This document shows, in pieces, positions 14,120-29,303 of a stretch of DNA of 64,000 nt. The position numbers and the translations under genes were made by a program. The DNA is taken from the NCBI RefSeq assembly GCF_009914755.1, contig NC_060942.1; one strand, 5' to 3'. The stretch comes from the human T2T-CHM13v2.0 reference genome, Homo sapiens. The number at the start of each line of letters is the position of its first letter. Within the stretch, counting starts at the first letter, position 1. The notes below the pieces were generated by a model. The model was not told the origin of the DNA. It searched no databases and saw nothing but the letters and a program-made list of their open reading frames with translations.

Positions 14120-15499
14120 AGAAAAACGTGTTTTAAGGCCATAAATTCTGTCTCTAGATAATATTCAGACAGATATCTCAGTAGCTGGACCTTCTTACTA
14201 CCTGGGTGCAGAAATTCACTGAGTTTTGTCCGGGGGCTCAGTTGTTGAGAAAGGAAGCCAAAGGAAACTTGATCTTTATGGCGTGATTTGGAATTAGCTT
14301 CTGCTTTTATCAGAATTATGAGTGTGAAGTTCTGTCATATAATGATATCAGAACAACCTAGTTCATTCCCAGACAGGCAGAAAAAGAATTTTTGTCCTCT
14401 GTCTCGTATTTTGAATTGTGGAATAAAAATGGATTTTATCTGGCTATATCATGTAAGAAAGCATCCAGAGTACATCCTTTCTAGTATATAGCAATTATTG
14501 GTTTAGTGCCTGTCTTAGAAATTTACTATGTTTTAATATTCACTCAAATATCAAGCAATTAATGATTAATTTTCATATTGTCAGAATACTCAAACTTTTA
14601 AGCTGTTCTGGGGCCACGTTAGTATAAAGGCTAAACCTAATTTCTAGCATATTTAATGTAGTTATTAAATGTAAAAAAACAAGCACATACATATATATAC
14701 ATACACATATATGGATAAATGGACTAGAAGATTTAGATTGCTGAATATCTGTGGATATTTACATTCATTTGAAATAAAAATATATACATACTTACTGATG
14801 AACTGATGGCTCCAACTAAATAGGTACTTCAGCATGTTTTAAAATATTCTTTAAGTGTTCTACTCTTTGAAATTTTACTGAGTGTTAACATGTTTGCAGG
14901 TTCTGTAATAACATTCAGTTACCATAGGCACACATGCAAATAGATTTAGGTTTATTGAATCATTAGTAAACTTGAAAACATTATTTATTGTTTAAGAGGA
15001 AATGAAGGATTCAGGCAAAATACGAAAAATATCTTGAAGATTTTGTGTGTATGTGTGTACAGCTTTAAAACTTAAAAATTAGAGAAGTAATATGAATTAC
15101 TTTGCAGAAACTTTAGAAAACAGAAAAGGTAAAGAAATATGAAACACCACCATCTCAAAACAGTAACTGTTAACATAGTGATGACTTTCTTCCAGTCCTC
15201 TTTTCTATGCATTTTGAAAATTCTTATAGGGAATTTTATAGGGAAAATTGTGCGATTTTGTGTCCTAGTGTTTTATTCCCTCACTTAGTCGTATATCATA
15301 AACATTGTTCTTAACCTTTGTTTTAATGGTTTAAAAGACTGTGTGCAGTATATACAAATAATTTGCCTTTTCATTTCCCAGTTATCTTACAGGCTGTTTC
15401 CTTTATTTAATGCAGACTGCCAACCAACCACACACCCAAACATCTTTGATTCATTAAATTAAAGGTCTTGTTTTATTTTCTAATTTTAAATATATTTTG

Positions 15500-17780
15500 T
15501 TTAATCAGTCAGTCACCTAATTTTAACTACCAGAGACCCGAACCCCTACCCAAACCAAGAACTAGAATATGGCCAGTCTTATATCTTCATGTGTGTTCTT
15601 GTCTTGTTACATTCCCTGTCTGCTTCTAGAGGTAACCACTCTTTTGAATTTTGTGAATGTTGTTCACCTGTTTTTTGTTGTTTATTTGTTTTGTCTCATA
15701 TATTGGTATGCCTAAACAATATATTGCTTGGTTTCACCCATTTTAAGCTTAAAAAAGGTATTGCAGTATATATAATCCATTAGTACTTTCTTCCTCTTAA
15801 CATTGTATTACAAAGATTCATTAGTTTTGTTATGTGTAGCTGTAGTTGTCATTTTTATGACTTATTAATAATAAATAGAAAAAGTCACAATTTACCCAGT
15901 AAACACTTGGGTTATTAGTATTTTTTGTTTCATTTTACTTTTACAAACAATGTTGTTATGAACATCTGATTCATGTCTTCTGTACACATACATATAATTT
16001 TCTCTTGAGTAGTGAGTGGAAAAAACTGGTTTTCCTTTGTTCTCACACCACTGCAGTCGGCACAGAAGCCTTCTTTGACTAAATGTACGGGGATTTCTCC
16101 CCTCCAGCAAGCAAACAATCAGTTCCGCAGTGGCCAGCAGCTGGTGTCCTCCAATTCAGTCCTCACACTGTCTGCCGGGACACAGCATTGTTTTACCTGT
16201 GCTTCTGGTCAGCTGACTACAAAACATACTTCCTATGACCTCCTCCTCTTCGAGTTAATTAATTTGCTAAAGTGGCTTACAGAACTTAGGGAAACACATA
16301 CTTGTATCTTCTGGTTTATCATAAAGGATATTACAAAGGATACACATGAAGAGTTGCATTGGGCAAGGCATAGGGAAGGGACATGGAGCCTCCATGCCCA
16401 ATCTGGGCATAACACCCTCCAGGAACCTCTATGTGATCAGCTCTCTGGAAGCTCTCCATACCCCGTCCTCCTCGGCCTTTTATGGAGACTTCTTTGGATA
16501 GGCATGACTGAAGCATGGACATCCATGTATTAATGTGATTGGACAGAAAAGGTATGCTCTAATGCTAATGGACTTTGTGGAGGAAACCCAGTAAGCCTTA
16601 TCTGTTCAGATCTTCTTGGCCTTTCTATGTAGCGTTTTTTCCTCCCAGGTATAGGGTAGGACCCCTTCTGAAATGTAGGTTTTATGACCTACAATTAGAC
16701 AAAGTAGGTGAGGGAATTTTTTCATGACCAGCTCCAAGACAGGAAGGGTGAGGAAGCATTCCTGCCTTGGGGAGAAAAAGGAGCTGGTGAAAGAGAGGGC
16801 AGGGGAAGCTCAGAGAGATTCTGTTTTCTGAGGGCTGCTTCTGAGGCCTAAAGTATTCCAACATAATAACAAAAGACAGTAACAAGGGCTAAGGGAGTTA
16901 TGAGCCAGGAACTATGGACAAAACCAATACATATATATCATAATATACTCAGGACTGGAATTGCTGTGTCTTGGGGTATGCAAATGATTAACTTTATAGA
17001 GTCACATTCTTATCCAAGATGTATGAGAGATGCTATTGATCTACATTCTATCCAACGCTTGACATTTAAAATTTCGATAATTATTAACAGTAGAAAAGGA
17101 TGTCTTATTGTGCCCTTGGTTTGCATTTCCCTTCTTGCTAATGAGTTTCAACATACGTGTTTCCTATTCTGTGAAATGCCTGTTCAAGTCTTTTGCCTGT
17201 TTTTTTTTCCCCCCATTGGATGGTCTTTCTAATTGTAGAAGTTCTTTATATGTTTAGAATACTAATAGTTTGTCAGTTATATATATGATAAGTATACTCT
17301 CTCAGCTTGTATCTTATATTTTCATTTTCTTTAAGATGCCTTTGATAAAGAGGAGTTCTTTTGTGTAGTTGAATTTATTCATCTTTTCTTTTATGGCTAG
17401 GGTGTTCAGGATCTTAAGAAATTCTTCCTTATGCCATCATATTTATTTTCATTCATAAGTTTTAAAGTTTTCCTACAGACATAAAAGCTGTTAATCCACT
17501 TGAGGTTGATTTTTGTGTATGGTGTAGAATTCCAATTTCATTTTGATTCATATAAATAAACATTTCTTCATGATATATGCATATCTGGACCCTGGGGGTT
17601 TTTTGCTTACTTTATTCTGTTTGTGAATTTGTTCCTGCACCAATACCATGCTGTTTTACTTACTGCGGCTTTATAATTAGTCTTTATATCCAGTTGGGCA
17701 TGTCATTCCTTCTTTTCTTCTTCAGAAGTGTCTTGGTTATTCTTGGCCCTTTGTTGTTCTCTAATACATTTTGTAGATAA
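15500..17780 (-). mobile_element. L1ME-like fragment split by a MER21 LTR
   Basis: The L1 motif tttctcttgagta|tatactcaggactggaattgctg is interrupted at about 16012-16945; antisense L1 ORF2/3'UTR motifs lie on both sides. Confidence 0.75.
16013..16945 (-). mobile_element. MER21A/B-like solo LTR
   Basis: Reverse complement begins attatgatatatatgtattggttttgtccatagttcctggctcataactccc; also contains aatttgctaaagtggcttacagaacttagggaaac. Confidence 0.8.
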
Positions 17781-18216
17781 ATTAATTATTCATTACAGGC
17801 TATGCTGGAAAACCACTGCCTTTCCACTTGTGCACCTGTTTCTATAAAACTCACTGCTCTCAGAGCAGAGCAGGATATCTGCTCTTTGTAAGTAAATGTG
17901 TCCCAAAGAGAGGGGAAGGGGCTCAGCTATTCATGACAAACTGCATACCCTACATGCATCTATAAGAGAAGTCACTCTGGTACCTCTGGGAAACACCGGG
18001 TGAGGGATGGCGAAGAAGCCAGGGGAGCGCAGGGAAAATCCTAGAAGGAAACTAGAGGAGAGGTGAATAAGACCAAAATTTCCAAGACTGACTCTTTAGA
18101 ACAATCACAGTGCACTGACACACTGTGAGAGCTCTGCCTTACAGCAGATGGGCCTTTGTGTATATTTATTCTACAGAAGAAATCAACTTCTGTTGTATTA
18201 AAGATCCTATAACTAT

Positions 18217-18525
<309 letters not shown>

Positions 18526-19227
18526 AGAAAACTATAATTTTTAAAATCTTTTTTAATTTAAATAATAATGATCAACATTTTATTTAAGAAAAAGATTTGT
18601 TATAATGTATATTTATAGGCTATTATCCTAGAGTTACTAAGTCTTTCCACATTGATACCTCATATGATGAAGTATTGAGTAGCCTTCTGTACTTCCTAAA
18701 ATGTCTTTAAGAAAAAACAGCAACAATACTTTGAAGCCAGAGTGTATGTAATGCCATTTTACCGTCCTCCTGCCTCCTCCCCTAGTTTGTTTTTGAGAAG
18801 TAGAGATTTTTAGCTGAGACCACAGCTATTCTAAAAGTTTTTTATGGTTACTTTCTCCCTTATATGATTATATTAAATTATTATGTTTAAAATATTATGT
18901 AATTGTTTTCCCTAAAAGGAGAAAGTTATGTAATATAAGGGAGATACCTGCTTTGATTCCTTCTAATTTCCTGTCAGCTTAAGCTAGCACAGAAGATCCT
19001 GTGAGAATGTGTCAAATGCCTCACTAGGAATGAGGTGTAAATTCTGTGGGCAATATTGGCCCTAAAATCTTCTATTGGTTCAATATAAAACATTCAGAGT
19101 AATTACCTTTCTGTGTTTTTTATACTAGAGTGGAAGGAAAGTAATAAATAGTGGTTTCTGATATAGTATTCTTCCTCAGAGTGTGGAACTCTTAGTGGAC
19201 CAGGAACATATTGGTAGCATAAAACCA

Positions 19228-19521
19228 TTTTTTTCTTTTTTCGAAGCAGGGTCTCTCTGTGTCACCCAGGCTGGAGTGCAGTGGTGTGATCTCAGCTCAT
19301 TGTGTCCTCAACCTCCTGGCTCACGCGATCCTTCCGCCTCAGCCTCCAGGGTAGCTGGGACTGTAGGTGTGCACTACCACACCCTGCTAATTTTTGTATT
19401 TTTTGTAGAGATTGGTTCTCTGTGTTGCCCAGGCCGGTCACGAACTCCTGAGCTCAAGCAATCTGCCTACCTCGGCCTCCCAAAGTGCTGGGATTACAGG
19501 TGTGAGCCACTGTGCCCAACC
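19228..19521 (-). mobile_element. AluJ
   Basis: Antisense dimer flanked by agcataaa. Confidence 0.92.
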
Positions 19522-19539
19522 AGCAGCATAAAGCTTTAC

Positions 19540-19654
19540 GTACACGCCTATGCATACATATATACACATATATATTTTGCCAGCATGTAGTCTTATATAC
19601 ACACTCAGATACACATATATGTGTGTGTGCATGTGTGTACATGCTCACACACAC
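19540..19654. repeat. Degenerate TA/CA/TG dinucleotide repeat
   Basis: Alternating purine-pyrimidine runs seen directly. Confidence 0.8.
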
Positions 19655-19929
19655 CCTGGGACACCCTGGATTATGCTATAGGAAATAGAGGGATAAAGGA
19701 CAGAAAGTGGCAAATTACAAAAAAGCCTGTGAATGCTGCTGGGAGGCTTTGCATGAAGCAGTATGGGAGCCCAGAGGACCGCCAGCTAGCAGACCTGCAG
19801 CCCAAAACGCTGTGTAGAGGTTTGTCACTCTAAGAAAGTAGGAAAGGAAATGTCCCCTCCTACCTTCTCTGTGACTCCCTTTTTTAACTCCTACAGTTTG
19901 GTACATGACTAGGTTTTCCCCAGCATTCT

Positions 19930-21620
19930 CTGCTTGGTCCCCTCCTCTCTTCTTTTCCTTGTTACACTCATCATTACCTATCACCTGACTGGGAATCATT
20001 TCCAGCTTTCTCTCTCCAGATCTCATCTCTCTGCTGAGCTCCAGGCTTTTACTTTCAGCTGCTTGCTAGACTTCTCCATGTGAATAACCTTCAGTTACTT
20101 TAAGCTGTTATGCTTGAATTCTACTTATTTTTATTAGCACCATTTGTACAGATTTGAAACCTTAAAGTTATGTTTGACTCTTCACTCTCTTTAGCTCAGA
20201 CTTTTTATTCCTGTGTAATAGCTCCTCTTTTCCATGTTCACTGCCACTACCCTTTTAGTAGCTACTGCCTCTGTCTCAAATCTCTTAAATGCACAGTTGT
20301 CAGAATGATCTTCCTAATAATCACCATATAATTCAAAAATTTCCGTGGCTTGTCATTGCTTTTAGAATATAATCTCCTTAGCCTGGTATAGAAGACCCCT
20401 ATATTCTAAAACTATTTCACATTCTTTTTTTTATTTTAAGATTTTTATCATTTATTTTTTAATGTAGAGACAAGGTCTCGCTCTGTTGCCCAGGCTGGTC
20501 TAGAACTCTTGGCCTCAAGCGATCCTCCTACCTCAATCCCCTAAGGTGCTGGGATTACAGGTGTGAGCCACCGTGCTGGCCTACTTCACATTCTAGCTTT
20601 AGTTCCCACTTACTGTTTTCAGTATCTCTATCTTGGGCCAAATTAAACTGGTTTTTCTTTCCCAGGTATAATTGGAGTTGTTCTGCTTCTAGGCTTGATT
20701 CATTAATTCAACAAATATTTATTTAGCATCAAATATTCAAATATTTATTAAGCACCTACATGCCAGGCATTGTTCTAAACCCTTGAGCAACATCTGCAAG
20801 CAAAATGACAGAAGTCGTCTCAACCCCTGCCTTCTTGCAGGGGGAAGGGGTTGAGGGGCAGTAAGTAGAATAAATTAGTGTATTTTTTATAATATATTAG
20901 AAGATGGTAGATGCTATGCCAAAAGACTAGAGAAGAGCAAAAGATGAAGAAGACGGTGGCCATGAGGGGAGGTGGTCAGGATAGGATTCAGCTTCTGCTG
21001 TGGTTTATTCTTTAGGTGCACCCTTATTTCTTCTTGTCAAATCTGAATGGATTTAGGGACCTCTCTGGGGTGACACTTCTGTTGTGAGGTCCTCCCCTTT
21101 GTCTACTGAGGTCAACTTCCTCTGAATATCTATGACTTTCTTATTGTTGTTGACCTTGCTTATTGATAAGTATTGCTTTCTTCCTTGGTTTTCAGTTATT
21201 TGTTAATTTATCTTTACTTTCCTATTAAGCTCTGATATCTTTGAGGAAAGGGTTATTACACCTTAGTATACCTAATTTTTATTGTTTCTTTAGGGTAGTA
21301 GGTAAAAGCATTGGCTTTAGAGGTGGTCTGCCTGGTTTGCCTCCTGGCCCCACCACTCCCTAGCCACAAGACTGGGGCAGCTTATCAACCCGTGCCTCAG
21401 GTTCTTCTTTATCCTTGAGATTTCTTTCTAAAATTGATTGTTTTCTGCCTTATTTTCTATGTCACTCTCTTGCTTGCTCTTAGTATTATTATACTTTGGA
21501 ATTTGTATGTCTATGTGTTCGCCTTCCTCCCCTGAATGTAAGGTACAAAAAGGCAGAAACCCTGTTATTAGTCCCTAGTATGCCTTCCCACCCATTTTGA
21601 ATAAATGGATGTTTGTATGA
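19930..21620. mobile_element. L2 and MIR fragments
   Basis: L2 3' end cattaattcaacaaatatttatt..agcacctacatgccaggcattgttcta at about 20700; MIR-like sequence at about 21290-21410. Confidence 0.6.
20426..20581 (-). mobile_element. FLAM_C-like Alu monomer
   Basis: Antisense left monomer; TSD cta(t/c)ttcacattct. Confidence 0.9.
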
Positions 21621-24600
21621 GTAAAACGAAATAATTTCGAACACCTTGTGTCTTGTATAAATATATAAAATACACAAATATAAAATGAAATGTGCAGTGA
21701 ACATTTGTGACCATTGAACTTAGGTCTTTTGTTAACACGTCTTAGTAATGATGAGGAAGAATATCCCTTCTTCATATGGCTTCTACTTTGTGTTATCCCG
21801 GGTAGTCCGGCTCTTCACACTTCATCTGCTTCCTTCCTGTGTTTCCCTTGGAAGTCATATAGGCATTCGCTCCTTTAATGTCTTTATCTTTATGGTTTTA
21901 GTAGCATTGATTTTTGTGGGGTATAACTAGTAAATGATTCTAAGATATTTTGAGAATATAAATGCAAGAAAAGTATTTTATAATAATGGATGAGAAAAGA
22001 GGGAAGGAGAAAGGGTTTCCATACTCTTTCATTGAATTTCAGCCCCCGAATGTGTGGTAATTCCTGGAATGATGGTAGTCAGTACTGATTCCCAAGCCCA
22101 TCGCCTCTGCTGACTGGAAGCACAGAATGATGGGCCCATGCTTTCAAGAATATGTGACTGTTCTTGAGGGAACACTAAAATTAACTCGTATTCTATCTAA
22201 ATTCTTATAACCATTAATACTTTATAGCCATTAATCTCCATATGATTTCCCTATGTAATCATGAGTGCATGCTTCAATACATTTACTCTTGAAAGACTGA
22301 CTTGTAAAAATGTGAAAAAAGAACCATAGCTCATCCCAGCTAAAGCAAAATGGTTCAGTTTTACCATCCTTAAATTTGATCTATGTTTACATCTGTTTAC
22401 AAATCTGAGCATTCCCTCCCCGCAACTGACCTAATGCTTCAGTGCCCTCTTCTAATAAAAAAATCAATATACACATCCAGCACTCATGAGTAACCCTATA
22501 ATAATAAACCAGATCACATGCAATTGAAAAAAATAATTTCAGGAAAAAACTCATTAGGATTGTGACCAACCACAGTCTTTCTTGAAAATAAGTATCATGC
22601 AGTTTAGGAATATAATAATCCTTTTAATTTGATTATGCTATTTTCTTAAGCCTTAATCTTAGTTAAAAAAATGTCTTTATTAAAATGATGTATTTGGTGT
22701 TCTTTTTCTTCACACAATTAATGATGCAGTTAATCTAAGGAATGTTAAATTAAGTTGTTTTAAAATCTGATTTAGCTCAATTTTATAATTCTTTTTCTGC
22801 CTCTTTTTTTTTCATGAACATTTACAATATAAATATTTATGAAGGAGTACATGTGTTCTAAACCATTGGTTTGTATCATATAATACATGAAAATATTACA
22901 TAGTAAAAAGTGTATCTTTTAAAAAATATATCTTTGTTTTTCTAGAAATACAATTGCTCTATTTCTATGTTGACTGTTTTGCTTTCTATTTCACAAATGT
23001 TTTACATTAAAAAATCTGCTTTAAAAATATGAATTTTTAAATACTTTTGTAAAATACATCAATTACGTGAAACAGCGAAAGTACAGTTTATATTATTCTT
23101 TTTCTAATCCTTGATGGTTGCACTTTGATAAATAAATAGATCATCTAAGATTCAATAGGCCAATTGCAGCATATAATAGCTATTCAGAGGCAATTAAACT
23201 GCCTTTTTTCATGCCGGCGTGTGAGCCGCCCTTTCACAACCTTCAACTTGATTCGTGGTGATTCAAAATTAACTTAAAAGTCTTGTTTGCTGACAGCTTA
23301 AGGCTTAATTGACTGAAAGCCAAATAGAGTGTGTTCTGTATTCAGCACTAAGGCTATTGATAAAGCCATGTGTAAATTGTGCATGGTGAAAGACAGCGAT
23401 TGGGCCTCCTGTTCTTGTATTAGTCCACAACTTAGCATTGCTGCACAGTCAGAATTGCTTTGTCAAGTCTTTTATCACACCAGGTTAACTCTCTCTGGAG
23501 TTGTTCCAGCAGCAGAGCAGTCGAGTATTGAGCTTCTACAACACTGTAGGGCCTGCTATAATTCTGTTACTTATTTGTGGTTTCATTTTTTTTTCTTTAA
23601 TATAGTATTGGCCTTTCATTTCTGAACAGGATTGTTGGTAGCATATTTCAAGAACCCACTGATTTTCTGTATTTGTCACTTTAGGAGTGAACAGCATGTT
23701 AAGGTTTAGCGGTTTTGAGAAATAGTTTAAGAAAAATAAGTATCATAATATTGATCTCTGCTCCTATGAAAATTAAATCTCATGATTTTGAACACTTAAT
23801 TAGGTTAAGGAATGCATGCTTAATAGCCTCGAGTGTAATGTAACTATTACATTCCAATAACAATTAGACCGTTGGACTTTTTCAGTACTTTTACACACAG
23901 AAAAATTTCAGTGATTCTTGTACCTATAGATAGGTGCATTTCTTTATATAAATTGATGTTTAAGGGGTAAATGAGATGGATTATTTATATATGTAAGTAT
24001 ATTCTATAAAATTTGTTATGCCTTTTTCCAAATAAGCCTAAGTATACGTAGTAGATGAAAATTTGCATATAAATATAAATTAACGAAGAAAAATTCAGAA
24101 ACAAAGCTAAAATAATTTTTAGAACTACTTTACTATCGTCCACTATTATGTTGTATATCTTGGAAGTCTGCATACTTTATTTTTTAATGTGAAGATTTTG
24201 ATCTGATATTGATTTAATAACTTACAAATGTAAATTCATCAAGTAATGCATTTTGAAGATATTTACATTATCAATAATGTTTATGTTGTAATTATAGCTT
24301 TTTGAATTAACGGTATATGAATAGTATTTAAAAGTTTGTGATAAACTCTCTCTTGTGTTTTTTATTTATCTTAATTTTATACAGTCAACTCTTAAATTCA
24401 ACATAGCATACTCACTACATTTTAAGAAATTTTTCTTATTTATATAACATTACCTATATTAAAGAAATATTTGAAATGTGATAAAGCTTAAATTGCCTGT
24501 TTTATATCTTTACATTTCAGTATAGTTGTTTTAGTTTTTAGAACCTGCAAATGAAAAATATAAAATAAAACCCTGTCTTGATAATAATTTTGATAATGAA

Positions 24601-27600
24601 GTAACAATAGTGAAAATTTTTTAATTATGTCTTTCAGGTTATATATAATGGCATTGAAAATATAGTCTGCATCTTAAACATTTGCATGCAGAAGATGTAC
24701 CTTTATTTTAGTATCTTTTACTTTTTATTTTAGCATAAGACTTGGAATTGGATATTGCTATATCTCTTATTGATATTCTGGTAACCATGGCTATCTAATT
24801 TTACCTGCCTTCCAATTGATTTCCAATAAAAACCTAGTCTGTTCATAAAGAATCAGGATAAGTTGCAACTTAGTTTCAAAATGACTATAATTTAGAATAG
24901 TGTGTTACTCCTATATACTTTTCAATAAAATAGTAATCATGCTTCAAAATGTAAAATCCAGAGGAGTACCAGTTTTATTGAAGTTTCACCTATACCCAGT
25001 GAGATTTGAGAGTCAAGAATGAATTGCTTTTATTGATCATGTTTTTGTATTAACAGTTAATCTAACATATCTTTAAAGGCATGAATTATTTGAAAACAAC
25101 ATTTTGTTTCTTTTTCATAACATAGTTGTTTAGTATATACAAAACAATTGTAGTGTTAGAGAGGACAAATAAAATCTCTTTTCTTATTTTTACCTTTAAA
25201 AATAAGGCTAAATTTAATTGTAGGGATAATAAATCAATTTTGTTTTAAATTAAATAGTTGTAATAATAAAGCAAAACATTTCTCAAAATTTAGGAAATAT
25301 GTTACAAATATTGATTCTGTAGTGAGTAAGAGATTAGCAATATGAAATTCTTGTTACAGAATTTGAGAGGGATAAAAGCACTTTGCCAGCACTGTTTTAT
25401 AGATGAAGAAATGAGAATTTACTGAGGTTTTGAAGGAGTGTACCTCTACAAGAAGGGGAGAGCACAGTCAGGTTCAGTGGTACTAATTTTATAAATTATT
25501 ATAGATTATATATTTTTGAAAAAGTATTACATTTCCTGGCAAATTATTATAATTGTAAACTTCATATTTTTATTTATTGCAAAAGTACAAAATTTTGAGA
25601 TTCAGGGCTTTTCTAGGAAAGTAATTTATATTTACATTATTCTTAACTTTGGATATTAACCTTTTCTCTTGTTATCTGCATATTATACAAGTATTAATAG
25701 ATGACTTTTAGCTTTACTGTTTTTCTTGAATTTTCCCAAAGAAGTTTGTCCTTTTCACAATGACTAAACTGGTACTTTGTTTTTAGTTAGCTGTTTGATC
25801 AGTTCTGTGTACCTATTGATGTACCTTAACAAGTGAAAGTGAATGGCCATTTTATATCTCGAAATGTATTGAAAGAGTTCTAAAAATCTCAATACTGCAT
25901 GTAAAAGACAACTTGACATTAAAATGATCTGTGATGAGTTTTGGTTTTATATAATGTTATCTTCTTTAATTTCTGAGGCTTAAAATGTTTTATAAATTGA
26001 AATATAATATTGTGATACTACATTTACCAAACTATCCAAGTAATATTTTACTTGCTCATATCTTAGCAATTGAAATTTTATGTTGTGCTCTTGAGAGAAA
26101 AAAGAAAAAGCATCAAATGGACTTATGATAATTAGAATACTAGAACATTTCTAAATATTACAGTTTATATTTATACAATGTGTATTTAAAAAACCTAATA
26201 GCTAAAATATACTTTTATTTGTTTTTAGTTACTTAAATACTTCTGGGAAAATATCAAATATCATCTGGTTAAATGAAATGTTTATATAATGTCATGACTC
26301 TCACTTAGCTTGAAATCTGTATTAAATTGAAAGTGATGTTATAAAACTGTAAATGAGATCATAAGTATCTGGCCATATATTTTTGTTTGAGCTTTTAAAA
26401 ATGAAGAACAATTTAATGTCTTGCGAAAATGACATTTTCATTAACATTAACTTGAAATGGAGAGGATTAGTATAATAGCATACAAAAATTAACTTGTTAC
26501 CAGTACAGAAAAAATTACCTTGACCATCAAATTTATACATTTGATCTAATAACATTACTAAATAAAGATCATTCTGTGTTATGTATTTAACCTCTCGGGT
26601 AATAGAAGATAAATATATCTTAATTTTGTCTCTCTACTTCATGATATCTAAAATAATGCAGGGTCCATTATAGTAGATATTCAGCAATTGAGATGATCAT
26701 ATATTGAAATTGAGATATGAATAGCATTGATAAAGGAAGCATTATTTTAAAATACATTCAGGATCAAAGCCAAGATTGCCTCCTGATGAATTCTCTATCA
26801 TTATTAACTTAATTTCATTTGACATATATGTGGTACTGAATAATATATGATACTCAATGAGAAGAAAGACACTGGGTTTTATTTTGATAGATTAACCAGG
26901 AAAGAGTTGATTGTAGCTCTGTGAGGTTATGCCATGTTATCCAAACAAGACCGATCATTACATTGATATCCTTTTTACTAATCATTTGTATCCAATGCAC
27001 TCTAATCCAGCGGTAAATATGTATTAATATTTTGCAGTCTTTTTTGAAAAAGTGATACATGTTTAAAAAGAGTGGTTGAAACATCTCTAAGTGCTAATAA
27101 GTACTTACTTGGTAGTCTATACTAATGTTGTAGTGGATGCTGAACAAGTTTAGGTGTTAAGCTTTTTAGGAAGAGTGAATGATGGCTAATGATTATTTAA
27201 TGACATCTCTGGACTGAAAGGCATTTAGCACTCAAAGTATACTGCAAAGCCTATTTCTCAAAGCTTCAGACAGGTTTATTTGGTCTCACCTTGAATACAA
27301 CAGTGCTGTATTGATTTCATTGGTGTGGATTTAAACACACTATCGGCTTAGAATAGCACTAGTATGCAGTAGAAAATGATTGTCTTAACCCTTATGTTGA
27401 TTCTTAGCTATTGTTTGATATTACACAGTAAACTTCAGAAATGATTATGAATTTATTTGCAGTATTCTGAGGTGCAGTATGTGACTTTTGAAAATATTTG
27501 TACATGCATGTTTATAGTAGACAACTTACAGGAAGGTTTATGTAGAGAAATTAATGTTTAATTCATATTTTGAATTAGTGTTATTGACCATATATTGTAT

Positions 27601-28787
27601 TTGGAGAAATTTTTCTTCTGTGGAAATGGTTGATGTTTCTGTGGAAGGCATGCTGATTTTATTCTGTTAAATCATTTAAGTATTTGATTTCTGTATGGTA
27701 ATGCATTGATGCTCAGTACTTTGTTTTTGGTATGTTTCAGTATTTCATATTTATCTTTCATATAAAAACAATTTAATGTAGTTCATATGCTTGATAGAAT
27801 ATCTCTTCTGGCATTTTCTACATTTTTTAGATAGCTTTGTACTAAATATATATAACATTAGATACCATGGTCCAAAACTTTTTTTAAGACTTTTTTCTAA
27901 TTATAAATTTTGCTTGCTTATTATTTTTTAAGGAACATTTAAAACTATACAAGATTTGAAGATACATAATAGAGATTCATGTTGGCATAGGCATCAAATA
28001 TTAACTAATTTCTATGCAGTAAACACTGAGATTGTAGGTCAGTGAAGATTCTGGTGATCCATCCAGAATGATGTTGCCAGGAATGCCCACTCTGTTTGTG
28101 CCCTTCACCTTGTGGCTTGAACACTTCACATACTTAACTTTCCTTATCTATAAAATATCTGTTGTTCTGATTAAAAGAGCAGCTCTGTAATCTCCTTTTT
28201 TCTCTAAAATTTTAAAATTCAGCCAGTCATCTTACCTTGGACCTAAGAGATGCTTTACACACTCAGCTTCCAATATGTTTTTTGTTTTTTTAAATCTTAA
28301 TAGTTTTTCTGTTTTTTTTTAATGAATCTGGAAAGTGATTGTAGTAGGCATATAATTATGTCATTATAACAAATACAGTATTAGGAGGTATATGAATCAC
28401 CTTAAGTAAAAGGTGGACTTCAGTTTTTTTGTTGATGTTTTTAAAATGGAGGAACTTTTTATCTTTAACATATTTCGAAAGATTTTTTTTCTATGAGTAA
28501 ATACTATTTCTTATTGAGTATTTTTTAGAAATCAAAAACATTGGATTAAGTATTAGATAAATTATTTTTTCTTTTGCTAATAGGAGAAATTATGTTTCAG
28601 AGAAATGATAAGCACATATTAAATTCTTGCTTTGGATTGCTTTTGTCTGTGTTCAGCTCTTATATGGCAAAATATTCGTGACACTGACACTGGTGATTTT
28701 ATGGCAGTGGTGGTAGGAGTTTTCAGTAAAGTTTATCTCCTCTTGACTTTATGTTCCTTTTTTTGTCCTGCCAGAGAGTCTCAGAGC

Positions 28788-29303
<516 letters not shown>

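Noticed and set aside
16012-16533. Longest ORF (173 aa)
   Set aside because: Lies wholly in a MER21-like LTR, has a GTG start and no recognisable domain.
17790-18190. GC-richer segment after the L1ME
   Set aside because: Probably an old LTR fragment that I cannot assign; no supportable function.
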